DNA from: Lama glama
Taxonomy: Eukaryota
Direction of reading: 5' to 3'
Assembly (NCBI GenBank): GCA_028534125.1
Contig: CM052817.1
Span: 37,450,001 to 37,514,000 of the forward strand
DNA: 64,000 bases
Part shown: piece by piece, positions 37,701 through 50,998 of the stretch
How the letters are laid out: each line of letters opens with the position of its first letter
Position numbering within the stretch: the stretch's first letter is position 1
Program-made: the position numbers and the translations under genes
Notes under the pieces: model-generated
The model's database searches: none
What the model saw: the letters and a program-made list of their open reading frames with translations, nothing else
Told to the model about the DNA's origin: nothing

Positions 37701-38635
37701 GCCCATTGTCCTCACAGTCTGCAAAGACACCTGGCCTGGTCTGTCGCCTCCACTCATCCTTTGTTGTAACTGTTCTGGAAAGCTGTTGGTCCATGTGTAT
37801 GAAAAGCCTAAAAATCATCCTTCCCTGGACTGAGCACAGCAGATCCTGGCAGGGTCCTCTCACATGTTTGGGGGCTGGCTAAGTGTAGACTGGGCTTGGA
37901 TGGCCTCACTGGGGACAACTGGGGCCTCCTCCACGTGGGCTCTCATTCTCTGGCAGGCTAGCCTAGACCTAATTGGCTGGGTTCTGAAAAAGAGGAAGCC
38001 TAGGAGGTCTGTTGAGCCCTGAGCCTGAAACCGGCTCATTGTTACTTCCACCACATTCTACTGGCCGATGCAAATTGCAAAGCCAGCAAATTACAAGGAC
38101 TGGAGAAGTCGATTCTGCCTCTTGATGGGATGAGCTGCAAGGTCACAGTGCAGATGTCATAGAAAAGAGAAAATATCTGGAGACATTTTTGCAATTACCG
38201 TGCTAACAATGGACAGAACTCTTGTTTTGGACAGTAGGACATGAAAACATGTGGCAGTACAGTGTCGTTGTTAAGTGCACCACTCTGAAGACACTAAGTA
38301 GATCTATCACTTACCAACTGGGTCATCTCAGCAGGTTATGTAAATGCTCTGTGCCTTAGTTTCCTCCCCTCTAAAACAGGGAGAAGCATTAGCTACCTCA
38401 CGGGTTGTTGCAAGGATTGAATGAGCTAATAATAATACGTATACAATGCTTAGAGTGTTACCTGGCACAGCATGCTATGTGAGTTATTATTACTATATGG
38501 AGCAGGCAAAGGAGCCCTGTGTCAGAGGTCTGTTTTAGTCTCTGCTCAAGGAGCTGTGTGCCTTTGAGCAAGTTACCTCTCTGGACCTCAGTTTCCTCAT
38601 TTGTAAAATCAGTAGGTGAGACTCTTGAGGTCCTT

Positions 38636-39175
38636 TTTTCTATTATGGTGCAATATATACATAACATAGCATTTCCCATTTTCCTGTTTCTAAGTGTATG
38701 GTTCAGTGGCATTAAGTACATTCACATTGTTGTGCGGTCATCACCACCCTCCATCTCTAGAACGTTTTCATCTTCCTAAATTGAAACTCCATCCATTAAA
38801 CAATAATTGCTCCTTCCCTCCAGGCCCTGGCAACCGCCATCCTATTTTCTGTCTGTGAATTTGACTACTCTAGATATCTCATATTAGTGAAATCATGATA
38901 AAACACTTGTCCTTTTGTGTCTGGTGTATTTCGCTTAGCGTAGTGACTTCAAAGTGCATCTGTGTTGTAGCATGTGTCAGAATTTCCTTTCTTTTTAAGG
39001 CTGAATGATAATCCATTGCATGTATATAACACACTTTGTTTATCCATTCTTCAGTTGATGGACACTTGGGTTGCTTCCCCCTTTTGGCTATTGTGAATCA
39101 TGCTGCTGTGATTGGGTATGCTGCTAGGAACTGTTGGAGTCCCTGCTTTCAATTGTTTTGGGTATAAACCACAAG
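38636..39175 (-). mobile_element. Old L1 (L1MB-like) 3' end in SLC10A6 intron 1
   Basis: TTCAGTGGCATTAAGTACATTCACATTGTTGTG...GAATTTCCTTTCTTTTTAAGGCTGAAT...GATGGACACTTGGGTTGCTTCC motifs. Confidence 0.7.
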
Positions 39176-40154
39176 TGGATCTGAAGTTCTTTTATGCTTT
39201 AAGTATTTTGTGACACTAGGAAAATAAAATAAAATTATGAAGTCTAGGTATGTGCCTCTCCCTCCCCAGTTTTTAGTGTTTCTCCTGAAACTATTCGACA
39301 GAGATGCCTCTCCTTGCTGTCCCCAGAGCACTAAATATACAGTGTTTTCCTGTCTATCGGAGGGGCCTCGCCCACTAGGTCTCTGAGCTCCTCCATGGCT
39401 TGTTCGTCTTTGTGTGCTCAGTACCAGCCTGATGGTGGCAGGCACTTGATAGACGTGAGTGAATGACTGAAGGAAAGTTTCTGATTGCCTGTGTGTGTTA
39501 CAAAAACTCTTGAAGTGCTGTCAGTTTATTGGTACAACTCAGGACAGCTCCCACTGTCTTTAGTTTGATAATGTTTGGTGCACGAGGTCTTTTCCTCCCT
39601 AAGTATGCGTTTGTGTCTTCAGTGGCAGAGAAAGAATTCTGACCACTAGTGGTGGTGGAGCCTAAGGGGTTCAGTGGCCAGTTTTGAGTTTTGGACTTTA
39701 AAAAAGCTCTTGGTTCTTCAGCAGAGACCCTGGAAACAGGACTTGAGATTTTTCAGGTCCGTCTAACAGGGCCTGGTGAACTGACCATCTTGAGAGACAG
39801 AACTTAGATTGAATCCATGTGACTTAGGGTACATTTTTTTTTAAACTTTGTTTTATTGAGTAATAGTCATTTTACAATTAGGATACAATAATTCTATGTA
39901 CCTTAGTTTTCTTGTCTATAAAATGGAAAGAATACCTACACGTAGGATTATTGTATAGACAAAAAGAGAAAATGTATGTAGTGAGGTCTGATACTTAGCA
40001 GGTCGTGCTCAGTAAATGCTGGTTATTCTTGAGAAGCAGCAGACAGGAATAACATTTACATTTGAGGATGAGAAACCTGGCCTTGAACTCTTCTCTAGGG
40101 CCAGATCTGTTGATCTGATCTTATAGCTTACTCCATGTCCATCTGACTAGCTAG

Positions 40155-41640
40155 ATTTTTTTTTGAGTTAAAAAAATTTTTTTTAATTGAAGTTGATTTA
40201 CAGTGTTGTTTCAGGTATACAGCAAAGTGATTCAGTTATACATATATATATGTATATTTTTTCAGATTCTTTTTCATTATATGTTATAAGAAATTGAATA
40301 TAGTTGCCTGTGCTATACAGTAGGTCCTTGTTGTTTATGTTTTATATATAGTAATATATGTCTATTAATTCCAAACCCCTAATTTATCCCTCCCTGCCCT
40401 CTCCCCTTTGGTAACCATAGTTTGTTGTCTATGTCAGTGAGTCTGTTTTTGGTTTATAAAATAATTTGTATCCTATTTTTTTAGATTCCATATATAAGTG
40501 ATATCACATGTTATTTGTCTTTCTCCATCTGACTTACTTCACTGAATATAATTTCTAGGTCTATCCATGTTGCTGCAAATGGCATGATTTCATTCTTTTT
40601 TATGGCTGAGTAATATTCCATTGTATGGAATGAATATATACATATATATATATACACCACATCTTCTTTATCTAGTCATTTGTCAGTGGACATTTAGGTT
40701 GCTTCTCTGTCTTGGCTATTGTAAATAGTGCTGCTGTGAACATTGGGGTGCATGTGTCTTTTTGAATTATAGTTTTCTCTGGCTATATGCCCAGGAGTGG
40801 GATTGCTGGATCATTTGGTAAGTCTATTTTTAGTTTTTTAAGGGACCTCCATACTGTTTTCTATAGTAGCTGCACCAGTTTTCATTCCTACCAATAGTGT
40901 AGGAGGGTTCTTTTTTCTCCACACCCTCTCCAGCATTTATTATTTGTAGACTTTTTAATGATGGCCATTCTGATTGGTATGAGGTGATACCTCATTGTAA
41001 TTTCAACTTACGTTTCTCTAATAATTACAATATTGAGCATCTTATCATGTGATTGTTGGCCATCTGGCTGTCTTCTTTGGAGAGATGTCTGTTTAGGTCT
41101 TCTGATTGGGTTGCTTGTTTTCTTTTGATATTAAGCTGTATGAGCTGTTTGTATATTTTGGAAATTAGCCCCTTGTCAGTCATGTCATTTGCAAATATTT
41201 TCTCCCTTCTGTACATTGTCTTTTCATTTTGTTTATGGTTTCCTTTGCTGTGCAAAAGCTTTTGCATTTAACTATGTCCCATTTGTTTATTTTTGTTTTT
41301 ATTTCCATTACTCTAGAAGCTGGTTTGAAGAAAATATTGCTGAAATTTTGTTAAAATGTTCTGCCTATGTTTTCCTCTAGTTTTATAGTATCTGTTCTTA
41401 CAATTAGGTCTTTAACCTGTTTTGAGTTTATTTTTTGTATGGTGTTAGAGAATGCTCTAATTTTACTCTTTTACACGTAGCTGTCCAGTTTTCCCTACAC
41501 CACTTATTGAAGAGACTTTCTTTTCTCCATTGTATATTCTTGCCTTTTTTTTCATAGATTAATTTACCGTAAGTGTGTGGGTTTATTTCTGGACTTTCTG
41601 TTCTGTCCCATTGATCTCTGTGTCTGTTCTTGTGCAGTAC
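40155..41640 (-). mobile_element. 5'-truncated L1 (~1.5 kb, end of ORF2 + 3' UTR) in SLC10A6 intron 1
   Basis: T-tract tail and ORF2-like translation ([24 protein letters not shown]). Exact TSD CTAGCTAG at 40147-40154 and 41641-41648. Confidence 0.9.
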
Positions 41641-42589
41641 CTAGCTAGGTAATTTTTAATTTTTTTCCAGTGAGGAAGCTAGTGTGTACTTTCATAGTTT
41701 TGAGTGTCAGAGTTCCTGAGTTTACTGGTTACAAACCAAAACAGTATTTGATAATTTAAACTCCAGTTGCAAAATGGCATACTTATTGATGCTACATTTT
41801 ACTGTAATGCATATATATGTAATTTCCATGTTTTAAAGGAGGTTCAGGATTTACCTGTTTGTCCAGACTTGCTGAATCTGTCTCATTATTCTCTGTAATA
41901 GTTGGGGCTGGGATGTCATTCTTCTTAGTGCAAGTGGAATCTTGTTATATTGAGGTCAGATTTTGCCAACAATTTTCCTGCATGTGAGCAGCCGAGAGAT
42001 CCAGCTAGCCACATCCTCTGTTTATGCTACATTGGAATTTCATGGCAGTAAAACAAAAGGTGTGACTTTCCAGTGCACGCACACATTCACTGTGTGCTTT
42101 TCCAGCTTTGTTGGTATTTATAATAGTTGGCGAAGCACCAGGGTCATCTGTCCCCATCCTTGACCATTGCTGTGAACATTACAGGCTTGAACAGTTGTAT
42201 AAAGAATGGAAGTAGTAACCTATGTAATCAAAGATATAGACTCAGTCTGAAATAAACCTCACACTTTGCTTCCTGCTGTCATGGATCTTAGCTTTCTGCT
42301 GTTTGAGCCAAAGCCATACAGGAGGGAAATGCTGTTCATGAAGTTCAAGGTGAATGTGACGTCATACGAATTCCTTTCAGGATGTGGTGATGCGAGGAGC
42401 CAGGAACGTAGCACTGCCACAGACTAGGGGTTTGGAAAAGCTTCCCAGACACACTCTTCGTGGATACAGAGGTTTGAGAGCTGTGGCGAGCTGCTTTTCT
42501 TCCTTTATCTGCTCCCTAGTTAGGAAGAAGACTTTGCTCAAAGTAAGCATTCTTAATAGGACAAAATAATTTTAAATTTTTATGGAAAA

Positions 42590-43800
42590 AATCTATACAG
42601 GAAGTGCTCAGAATAGTTTGAAAAGAAAAACTTATGTGGAAGTATCTGCTCTGTCATATACAGAAACACTATGAAAACACTGTAATTAAAATAGTCTGGT
42701 ATTTGCTTAGGGAAAAAGAACATTTTGAATACACTTGAACATTTAATACATAATGAAGTTGGCACTTCAGTCTAGTGGAAAATCGTTTATTTGGGAAATT
42801 TAACACACTTGCCTCTCTATATAGAAGACAATAGATTAGTTTCATACCTTATACAATATAAAATATAAATTTTAGATGAGTTAAAAATATAAATACAGAA
42901 TATAAACCAATTAAAAAGTAAAAAGTGGGGGCAATATTTGAATAACCTCAGGAGAGGGGGAAGTCTTTAATAAGACAAGAAACTCAGAAGCCAGGAAACA
43001 AATGGACAGATTCGACTGTCTCAGTGTTAATTATTTATTATGGCAAAAGTCATAAGCATAGTAAAAATACAAAGTAAGCCTGGTAGAAATATTTGTGTTA
43101 TATCTGATGACATCTATTTTAAATTTAAAAGAGCTCCTACAAACAGAGAAAAGAAAAATCAGACAAGCAAAGCTGTTTAGAGGGGACACCCATGAAGCTA
43201 ATAAACATGAGAGAAAGCACAACCTCGTAGACAGGTGTCTAACCAAAGAGGGAGATGCGTTTTCCAGTGTTCTCATGAGAAGTAAAAGGATTGATCACCT
43301 CCAGTGTGAGCAGGATTGTGAAGTGCAATGAGCTTTTTAGAAGTGAATCTGGCAGTCTTTATTAAAATAAAAAACACAGACTTTTGACATAGTGATTCAA
43401 ATTTGGCATATCTGCTCTACGGAAAGAAAAGAGTTATTTCAAGTGAAATATGTACAAGAATGTTTATTATAGCAGTGTTCATAATAGAAGAAAAAGCAAT
43501 TTTTCATCATTAATGAAGTGATTGAAGGTATTATGGCATGTTTATGTTGTACTTTGCAGTTCTTTAAAAAGTGCATTTAAGTTATACGTATTGTTCTGAA
43601 AATATGTCTATGATATTAAGTGGAGAAAAAAACCAAAAGCATCCAAGCTGCAGAGTAGGTTGTAATGTGTGATTGTTTTAAAAAGAAAAAAAAAAAAAAC
43701 CAAAGAATAAACCTCTATTCACTAAAACAGGACTGCTTAAATGAAAAAAAAGGGGAGGGATATATACAAATACTTATGAATTACGTAAGTCTGGTTTTGG
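42590..43800 (+). mobile_element. Ancient degenerate L1 (L1M-type) fragment
   Basis: A-rich, with degenerate L1 ORF2/3' motifs (AAAGAGCTCCTACAAA, GAATGTTTATTATAGCAGTGTTCATAATAG). Confidence 0.55.
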
Positions 43801-45092
43801 GAAAGGGGCACCAATCAGCTAAATATTTGACAGCACATCTTTGGGATAGATTCCCAGATGTGGAATTGCAGGGTCAAAGGGTAAATGCATGTTTAATTTT
43901 GCAGATATTGCCAAACTCCCTCCATGGGGTGTGCTGTTTTGCATTTTCACCAGCAGTGACTGAGAGTGCAGGAGTGTTTTTAATATTGGAGTGTAATGTT
44001 TGCTGCCTTGCTGAGAGTATAAACATTCTTCTGAGAGAAAATGTCACAGTAATCGCAGATAGATTATTTTATAGGCAGGGTAAGTAGATGGAAACATTGG
44101 TGATTCATATCATGAGGGGATGATGGGTGACTTGCAAGCCTGATAAAGTACTGGAGGACGCTTGCTGTCTCAGGTCTCAGCCCTGCGAAGGGTCTCCTTC
44201 CTGTCCTCTGTGGGCTGGGAGGTTGCGAGCCTCTCAGTCTCTCGGCCATTTGTGCTGTGGTCACAGAGTGGGCATATCCTGTGTGCAAGGCAGTCTGGTG
44301 TGAGAACTTAAAGAATGAATATTAAACAGTTCCCAGACTCTCGGGGCCTAGTGCTGCAGTGAGTAAACTCTTGCTTCATCCCGGGTTGTGCTGTATGATG
44401 GCCCCTTCGCCTCACCTCATCAGTAGAGCAGCATAAACCATGTCAGTAAGCAGCCTGTACGCACTTAAACAGATTGTGTACCTGTGTAACCTGTGCAAGT
44501 TAAATTATTTTGTTGACCTGAAGGATGTCTCATTTCCATTTACCTTATTTCCCCTAATTTAAATGATTCATTCTGTCGCTGGTTTTATGGCCCAGATGGG
44601 GACAAAATCCTTTAAAGACAGAGTAGATTACTGGTTGTCAGGGCTGAAGAAGGGAATGGGGAGGGTCTGCCAATGGGGTGGAGCTTCTTTTTTCAGGGGA
44701 TGAAAATATTCTGGAAACAGAATAGGATGGTATATTCACATATACTAAAGACACTTTAAAATGGTGAATTTTATGGTCTGTGAATTTTATGTCAATAAAG
44801 AAGAACTGTATAAGGAAAGAAAATGAATCCTTACAGTGACTAGCAGAACGTTTAGGACAAGTAAATGCTCATCAAATATGATTTAACTGATGGATGGCAA
44901 GAACTGCTGGAATCTTTTTCTAGACCACAGATACAGCCATCATGTGTTGAATAATAAGACAGGAGGGAGTTTCAGGTAACTTCACTCTGTGTAATCTCTA
45001 GGATCTTGTGCCCAGGAGTTGTTTTCAATAAGGACTAAATTCTTCATTTCAAATTCTCCCTCTTAAGTGTATCACTTTAATTCTACTTTCAG

Positions 45093-45211
45093 CATCAGTA
45101 TGACAACCTGTTCCACAGTGGCTGCCCTGGGAATGATGCCACTCTGCCTTTATCTCTACACCTTGTCCTGGAATCTTGAGGAGAGTCTCACCATTCCATA
45201 TCAGAACATAG
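45093..45211 (+). CDS. SLC10A6: SLC10A6 exon 2 (SISMTTCSTVAALGMMPLCLYLY...IPYQNI)
   Basis: tttcag| acceptor and G|gtctgt donor, 119 nt. Contains the SLC10 signature ALGMMPL. Confidence 0.96.
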
Positions 45212-46789
45212 GTCTGTATTGGGCTTGTGAAATGAAATAGTAGCAGTAATGTGATAGTAATAATAACAGCTATTGTTTTTTATGTCTCCTACTTTATATA
45301 GGGTTTTTAAAATTATTATCTAATTTAATTTTCCAAATAACCCTAGGGTAGAGATTCTGTTACCAGTTCCATTTCCTATAGTTTCAGGATTAGGGAGGTT
45401 AAATAACTCTACCAAGGTCGTGCAGCTTGGTAAGTGCAGAACTGAAATTCTGACTCAGCAATCTGGCTGATTCAAAAAGAGTCCAAGCTTTTTTTGAAAA
45501 TAAAGCCAGAAAACTTACTTATTAAAAAGAAAAAAAGACAAAGACAAACCAACCCTTACATAATTCACTAGAAAGCGATTATACTCATTGACTCACAGGT
45601 TACCTGGGTCACAGTGACTCTAATGAGACCTTAGTTCCCCCGACTCCACCTTTAAATTGCTTGTGAGCCTTGACTTCTTTACTAATCAACATAAATGATT
45701 CCTGTTGACTGTGGAAGAGTATGCACACGTCACAGTTGCACCCACGTATCTTCCAGTATCTCCTTAAACTCTGCCCTATTTCTAGAGATCTCTGTGGACT
45801 TACTAGGCTTGGAAGAAAGACTCGGTGAGATGATACACCCATGCTCGTTTGATCAGAGCCTGTGGAGAGGTAGTAGGCACTGTTACTCCTCAAACTCTAC
45901 TGTGCCAGTCCGGAGTCTTAAGTTATCACTTGGGGGACTTACAACCCACAGCCCATAGTTCAAAACCATGAATGGAGCCATGTCCTGAAGCTCATTATAT
46001 CTGTAAAAAATTTGAAGTCTTCATTTAGAAATAGTGACTTTACGTGCAATTTTTTTCTGATCACTAAATTATTTAATATACTGTTTTGATGATATAGTCT
46101 AAAGGGCACTTGTAAACAGTTAAATCTCAAAATGTTATGGGCAACTCATACAACTTTGGAGCCAGTATTCCAAGTGGCCAGATTCGGAAAGTGGCCCTGG
46201 AAATTGTCAGTGTGTGAATCTGACTGGCAAGTAGACCTCTGCTCTGTTGAGCCTGCCTTCAGTGTCTTTACTGTGTTAGTTAAAAGGCACATTTCCCCAC
46301 CTGCCTTTGGGTTACCCGGCTACACTTGGAAATACGAGAACTTGCTCTGGTTTCTGTAACGAATGCTATTTTTGTCCTGTAATAGACATTCTTTCCCTTG
46401 TGAAGCAAATCACCCACTGGCTTCCATAGAGAAATAATAGCTATTGCTGTAGAGGGGTGACCCCATACATAGCAACCAAAGAATTTCATAGACATAAAGG
46501 GGCCTCCTGTTTTCTGATGTTTATGTTCTTGGTTGTCTCTGAAATTCCATGTGACCTTCAGAGGGATCTTAGAGAAATGGTAGACCATGTATGGTGACAT
46601 TCAGTGGTATCGTAGACCCTTCAACGTCTGTCTTCCAAAGATTAAGAATAATTTTCTTTTGGAGGAAGATGCAGAAATAAAATGCAGCTTTAATTAAAAG
46701 TTTTGTCTAGTTGAAATAGACATAAATTGTTGGGGACTGGGCAGTTAGGATGAGAGGGGTCCTGTCTGACAGATTTTTCTTCTCTGCAG

Positions 46790-46878
46790 GAATTACCCTT
46801 GTGTGCCTGACCATTCCTGTGGCCTTCGGTGCCTATGTGAATTACAGGTGGCCAGAACAATCCAAACTTATTCTTAAG
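46790..46878 (+). CDS. SLC10A6: SLC10A6 exon 3 (GITLVCLTIPVAFGAYVNYRWPEQSKLILK)
   Basis: ctgcag| acceptor and AAG|gtaagc donor, 89 nt, in phase. Confidence 0.95.
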
Positions 46879-49358
46879 GTAAGCAAGATGGAACTTAAGG
46901 TAACTCCACGGGCCAGTTAGCACATTTCAGACTCAGAAACTTGACAAATAGACGCAGGCAATGACTAGAACAAAGGGGCCAGTCAAATACAGCTCCACAC
47001 CCAGCAATTTTCCTTACATGTCCTGCATTTTTGGATCCAACCGCAATATATCCTCCACTTCTAAGCCTTGCTTTGTCACCCCTGTGGACCCATACACTGA
47101 GGCTTATGACACCCTGCAAAGTGTGGAACTCCTGCTTGAGGGACAGAAAAGCTGAGGCCTACATGTGGCCAGCGAGAGCCCATTCATTCACCAGGCCCCA
47201 CACAGGCGCTCTCAAGGGAAGGCTGTTCAAGTGTGCCGGAAACGGAGCCCAGTGGATGGAAGTACAGCTGGCTTCACAGAGCAGCAGGAGGAGAGGCAAT
47301 CTTTTGGAAGCATTCCTAGGAGAGTTGTGCACATGAGCAAGGGCTGCTGACATGAGTAACTGTCAAAATGAAATCATCCAGAACGCACTGACCCTAAAAT
47401 GAAGGGAACTGGAACCTTCCACCTCCTCTTAACTTTCCGGGGTTGTCCCTTGTCTGCTGGAGAAACAAGCAAATGTCCTCAGTAAATGGCTTTTAAAATT
47501 AATCTAGCTAGAGAGGAGGCCTTCTCAGCAGTGCTATCAATCTCTTGGAGTGTCTTCCATTTATGTATTGCTTTAGAAGATACACGTGTTTATTCTGTGC
47601 TGCTTTCGTGAAGATTTAAAAAATGTTTTAGTTATTTTTTTACATTTATAAAATAGGAAACATTTGGAGCTAATTGGAGGTTCAGCTAAGAAATTTCAGT
47701 TCATTTTAGTCTGGGGTTTATGGTTTGGTTGAGTTTAAGCTCTTGACGTTTGGCTCTACCTGATGGAACACTCATTCCATTTGCTGCACGAATGGATGTT
47801 GCTTCCCCAGTTTGGCACAAGACTGAACAACTCTCGCTATTCCTCCAATGAGATGAAGAACAAGAGAAGAGGGGTTGACAAGTAGACAGATGAGCTGGGC
47901 ACAGAGAGCTGGAGTAAGGATTAAATGGTGTACATTTGGAGCACGTAGTGACTTTACTGTCATTTCAGTAGGAGGAAGTTTCAACGTGTGGTTATAATTT
48001 TGTTTATAAAACAAGAGGAGAGAGCTTCATCACGGGAACTTCTTACTTTTCAAGTACTCTATCTTGGATTTCTTAAAAGGGCATCAACAAAAAAATGATT
48101 ATTTTGGTATTTCTAGATCCTCTATTTGTCTTTCAGTGTCAGTGGAGAAACCAGATAAATTTTCTGTATGTCTGTAAAGAGCAAATTAAAAACCCTTTGG
48201 CAATTCCATAGGAATTGTGGGAGAAAATATTTAATAATATATATAACAGATAAATATTCTAGAGCACCTTAGTTAAAACTAGGATAATTTAATCATTATT
48301 TTGGGATGTCTTCATTCTCTATTCCTAGTCCTCTTTTGGTTTTAGATCTGATTCATTTTCTGAACAAGTTGCTTTTGGTAAATTTTAAACTTTTATATCC
48401 TTTTCTTGGTAGAAAGTTGGAGTAGGATTTTTACAATCAGAGGCCTTTGTGTGTTCCAGCATCTTCCCGTTAGGCAGAGGCCCAGTCTGTTCTCAGATTG
48501 AGCAATAAAAACAACCGCCAGAACACATCTGTGGTCCATTGAGTTGTTTTTATTTTGTTTTGGTTGCCCATGACCATCTTCCTCCATGCCCTGAATCATT
48601 TCAAATCAAGGGTGATGCTGTAACTGGGTGTATAGTTTGCTGCCGCATGGTGTGAATGGGAGCTTGCCAAGATCCTGATTTTCCCAAATATTCTGTATTT
48701 TGCTTCCTTGCTATTTGGCTTAAAACCCAGACCTTTGAGGGGAAAAATCATTGATTTTGTTTGTTTGTTTCTTGTTGTTTCTGTTTGTTCTGTTAAAAGT
48801 AAGGTACCTGTCAGTACTCCTCACATTACGCTACATCTGTCTAATGAAGAATGGGCACATTTCATTTGGAGGAGACAAGGGCAAGGATCAAAGCGGTTAG
48901 AAGTTGTTGGTGGTTGAAGGGGTGGTGGGAAGAGAGTGGCGGATGGTCAGGCAGGGGAGATCTCAGACAAGAGGCTACCAGGGCAGGGTCTGAGAGGCTG
49001 TATGTAGAAGTGTTGGATGCTTGTTATCAGATTTCAGTTATTTCACAAATTTGTCCTGTCTGTGAAAAACTCTACTGCCCAGTCCTTCTGGCACAATCCT
49101 CCACTTGAAAGGAAACCATACTGATCATAAAATAAGAAGGCTTAGATTTGTGTTGAGCTTCATCAGATTCTAGCTCAGCCACGTCACTTGACCGCTTTGG
49201 ACCTGAGGATTTTTCTGTGTAAAATGAGATTGGGTCCGTTGGTCTCTAAGTCCTCTCTTTGTTCTAAAACTTCTAGGTTCCAAGCCTTTTTGAGCAGTGA
49301 TGGACTTTGCAAAAAGACGATGATGTTTACATGAACCTATTTTATTAATTCGCCTTAG

Positions 49359-49534
49359 GTTGGGGCCATTGTTGGCGGAGTCCTCCTCTTGGTGGTTGCT
49401 GTTGCTGGTGTGGTGCTGGCGAAAGGATCATGGAATTCAGACATCATTCTTCTGACCATCAGTTTCGTCTTTCCTTTGATTGGCCATATCATGGGCTTTC
49501 TGCTGGCACTTCTTACCCACCAATCTTGGCAGAG
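49359..49534 (+). CDS. SLC10A6: SLC10A6 exon 4 (VGAIVGGVLLLVVAVAG...LALLTHQSWQR)
   Basis: ccttag| acceptor and AG|gtacag donor, 176 nt, hydrophobic TM segments, in phase. Confidence 0.95.
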
Positions 49535-50840
49535 GTACAGTTAAATTATCTATCAGCTTTTACAAGGAGGACAAGTTAAACACACTGCCATTGGCAGGCT
49601 TTGCTGCCTGGCTGTGTCTGGAAGCATGAAGAGTTTTGGCTTACAAGGTGGATGGAACAGGAAAACTCATCATAAAGAGAGTGGAAAGAGCACAGTAATT
49701 CTTTATGTAAAGGAAAACCAAGGACAAACTGACGGGAAACTGTAATTTGTGAAACTGGAATATTTACACCACTTGTAATCTGGACATGCTTCTCTTATTT
49801 TAATAGTTAAATAGGAGGGCGAGGTGGTTTCACTAAGTAGAGATCACTATAGGGCATGAGCACGGTGCAAGAGATGAAGCAGGAATTTATCTTAAATATT
49901 ATCATGACAAGTTGGGGCATATGTTATATAAATACCGTGAAATGTTAAAAATGATGACACTGTGTTGCTGTGCCCGTAGATGCGGTGAGTATTACCATAC
50001 AGGGTTGGAGGGAACATAGATTGGCACAAACCTCTGAAAGGCAATTTAGTCATATCAGTCGCCTTATATTACTCCCTCCTGCATTTTCTTCAAGTGAGGT
50101 TTTCCCCCCTTCCTCTCCCTCTTTCTCTGTACCTTTCCCTTCCTTCTTTCTTTTTTCTTTCTTTTTTGCAAAGAAATGAATAAAATGTAGAAAAATAGTA
50201 GAAAAATTTTATTACTAAAACCTTCATTGATTGATGATTACTAAATCATTTTAGACATTTGGTTTTCACTTGGGTTTTTTATGTTTCTTTTCAAGCATTG
50301 TTTAGTTTATACTATTTCACATCTCTGACTCAACTGTACATTCTCATCTCCTCCAGTCCTCCACTCCGCGTGGGCAGGCTGGCCTACAGCATTTCCAATG
50401 CTTACTGAACAGGCCACGCTCATACCTGTCCCTGGAACTTTAATTTCAGTAATTTTCCCACATTCAATGCCTCTTCCCCTCTTCCATCCTCTAATGCCAC
50501 TCTTCCTCTGAAGCCTTCTCTAACCATCTGCGCCACTTTTCTGACTTTCTACAGTCTCCCTGACTCTCGATCATACTTTGTCTTGTGTTGTTTCTGAGCC
50601 TTTCCTACGTGTGTATCTTGTCTTTTCACCCAGATTCCCAGGGCATGGTTTGTAGGCCCCTATTTGGAGGTGTCTCTCCAGAGACTATGCACAGAGTAGG
50701 CACTCAGCAAATAATTACTGAATGAGTAAACACTGTTAGTGGCCTAAGCTCATAGCTTACATTTATCACTATACATAAGAGAATACTTAAGAATAGTCCT
50801 TATTGCTAGTATGTAACTTGAACATTTTTTCCATTGGTAG

Positions 50841-50998
50841 GTGCCGGACCATTTCCTTGGAAACCGGAGCTCAGAACATTCAGATGTGCATCACCATGCT
50901 CCAGTTATCTTTCACTGCCGAGCAGTTGGTCCAGATGCTTAACTTCCCATTGGCCTATGGGCTCTTCCAGCTGTTGGATGGATTTCTCATTGTTGCAG
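50841..50998 (+). CDS. SLC10A6: SLC10A6 exon 5 (RCRTISLETGAQNIQMC...GFLIVA)
   Basis: tggtag| acceptor and G|gtgggt donor, 158 nt. Contains the conserved SLC10 RTISLETGxQN motif. Confidence 0.96.
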
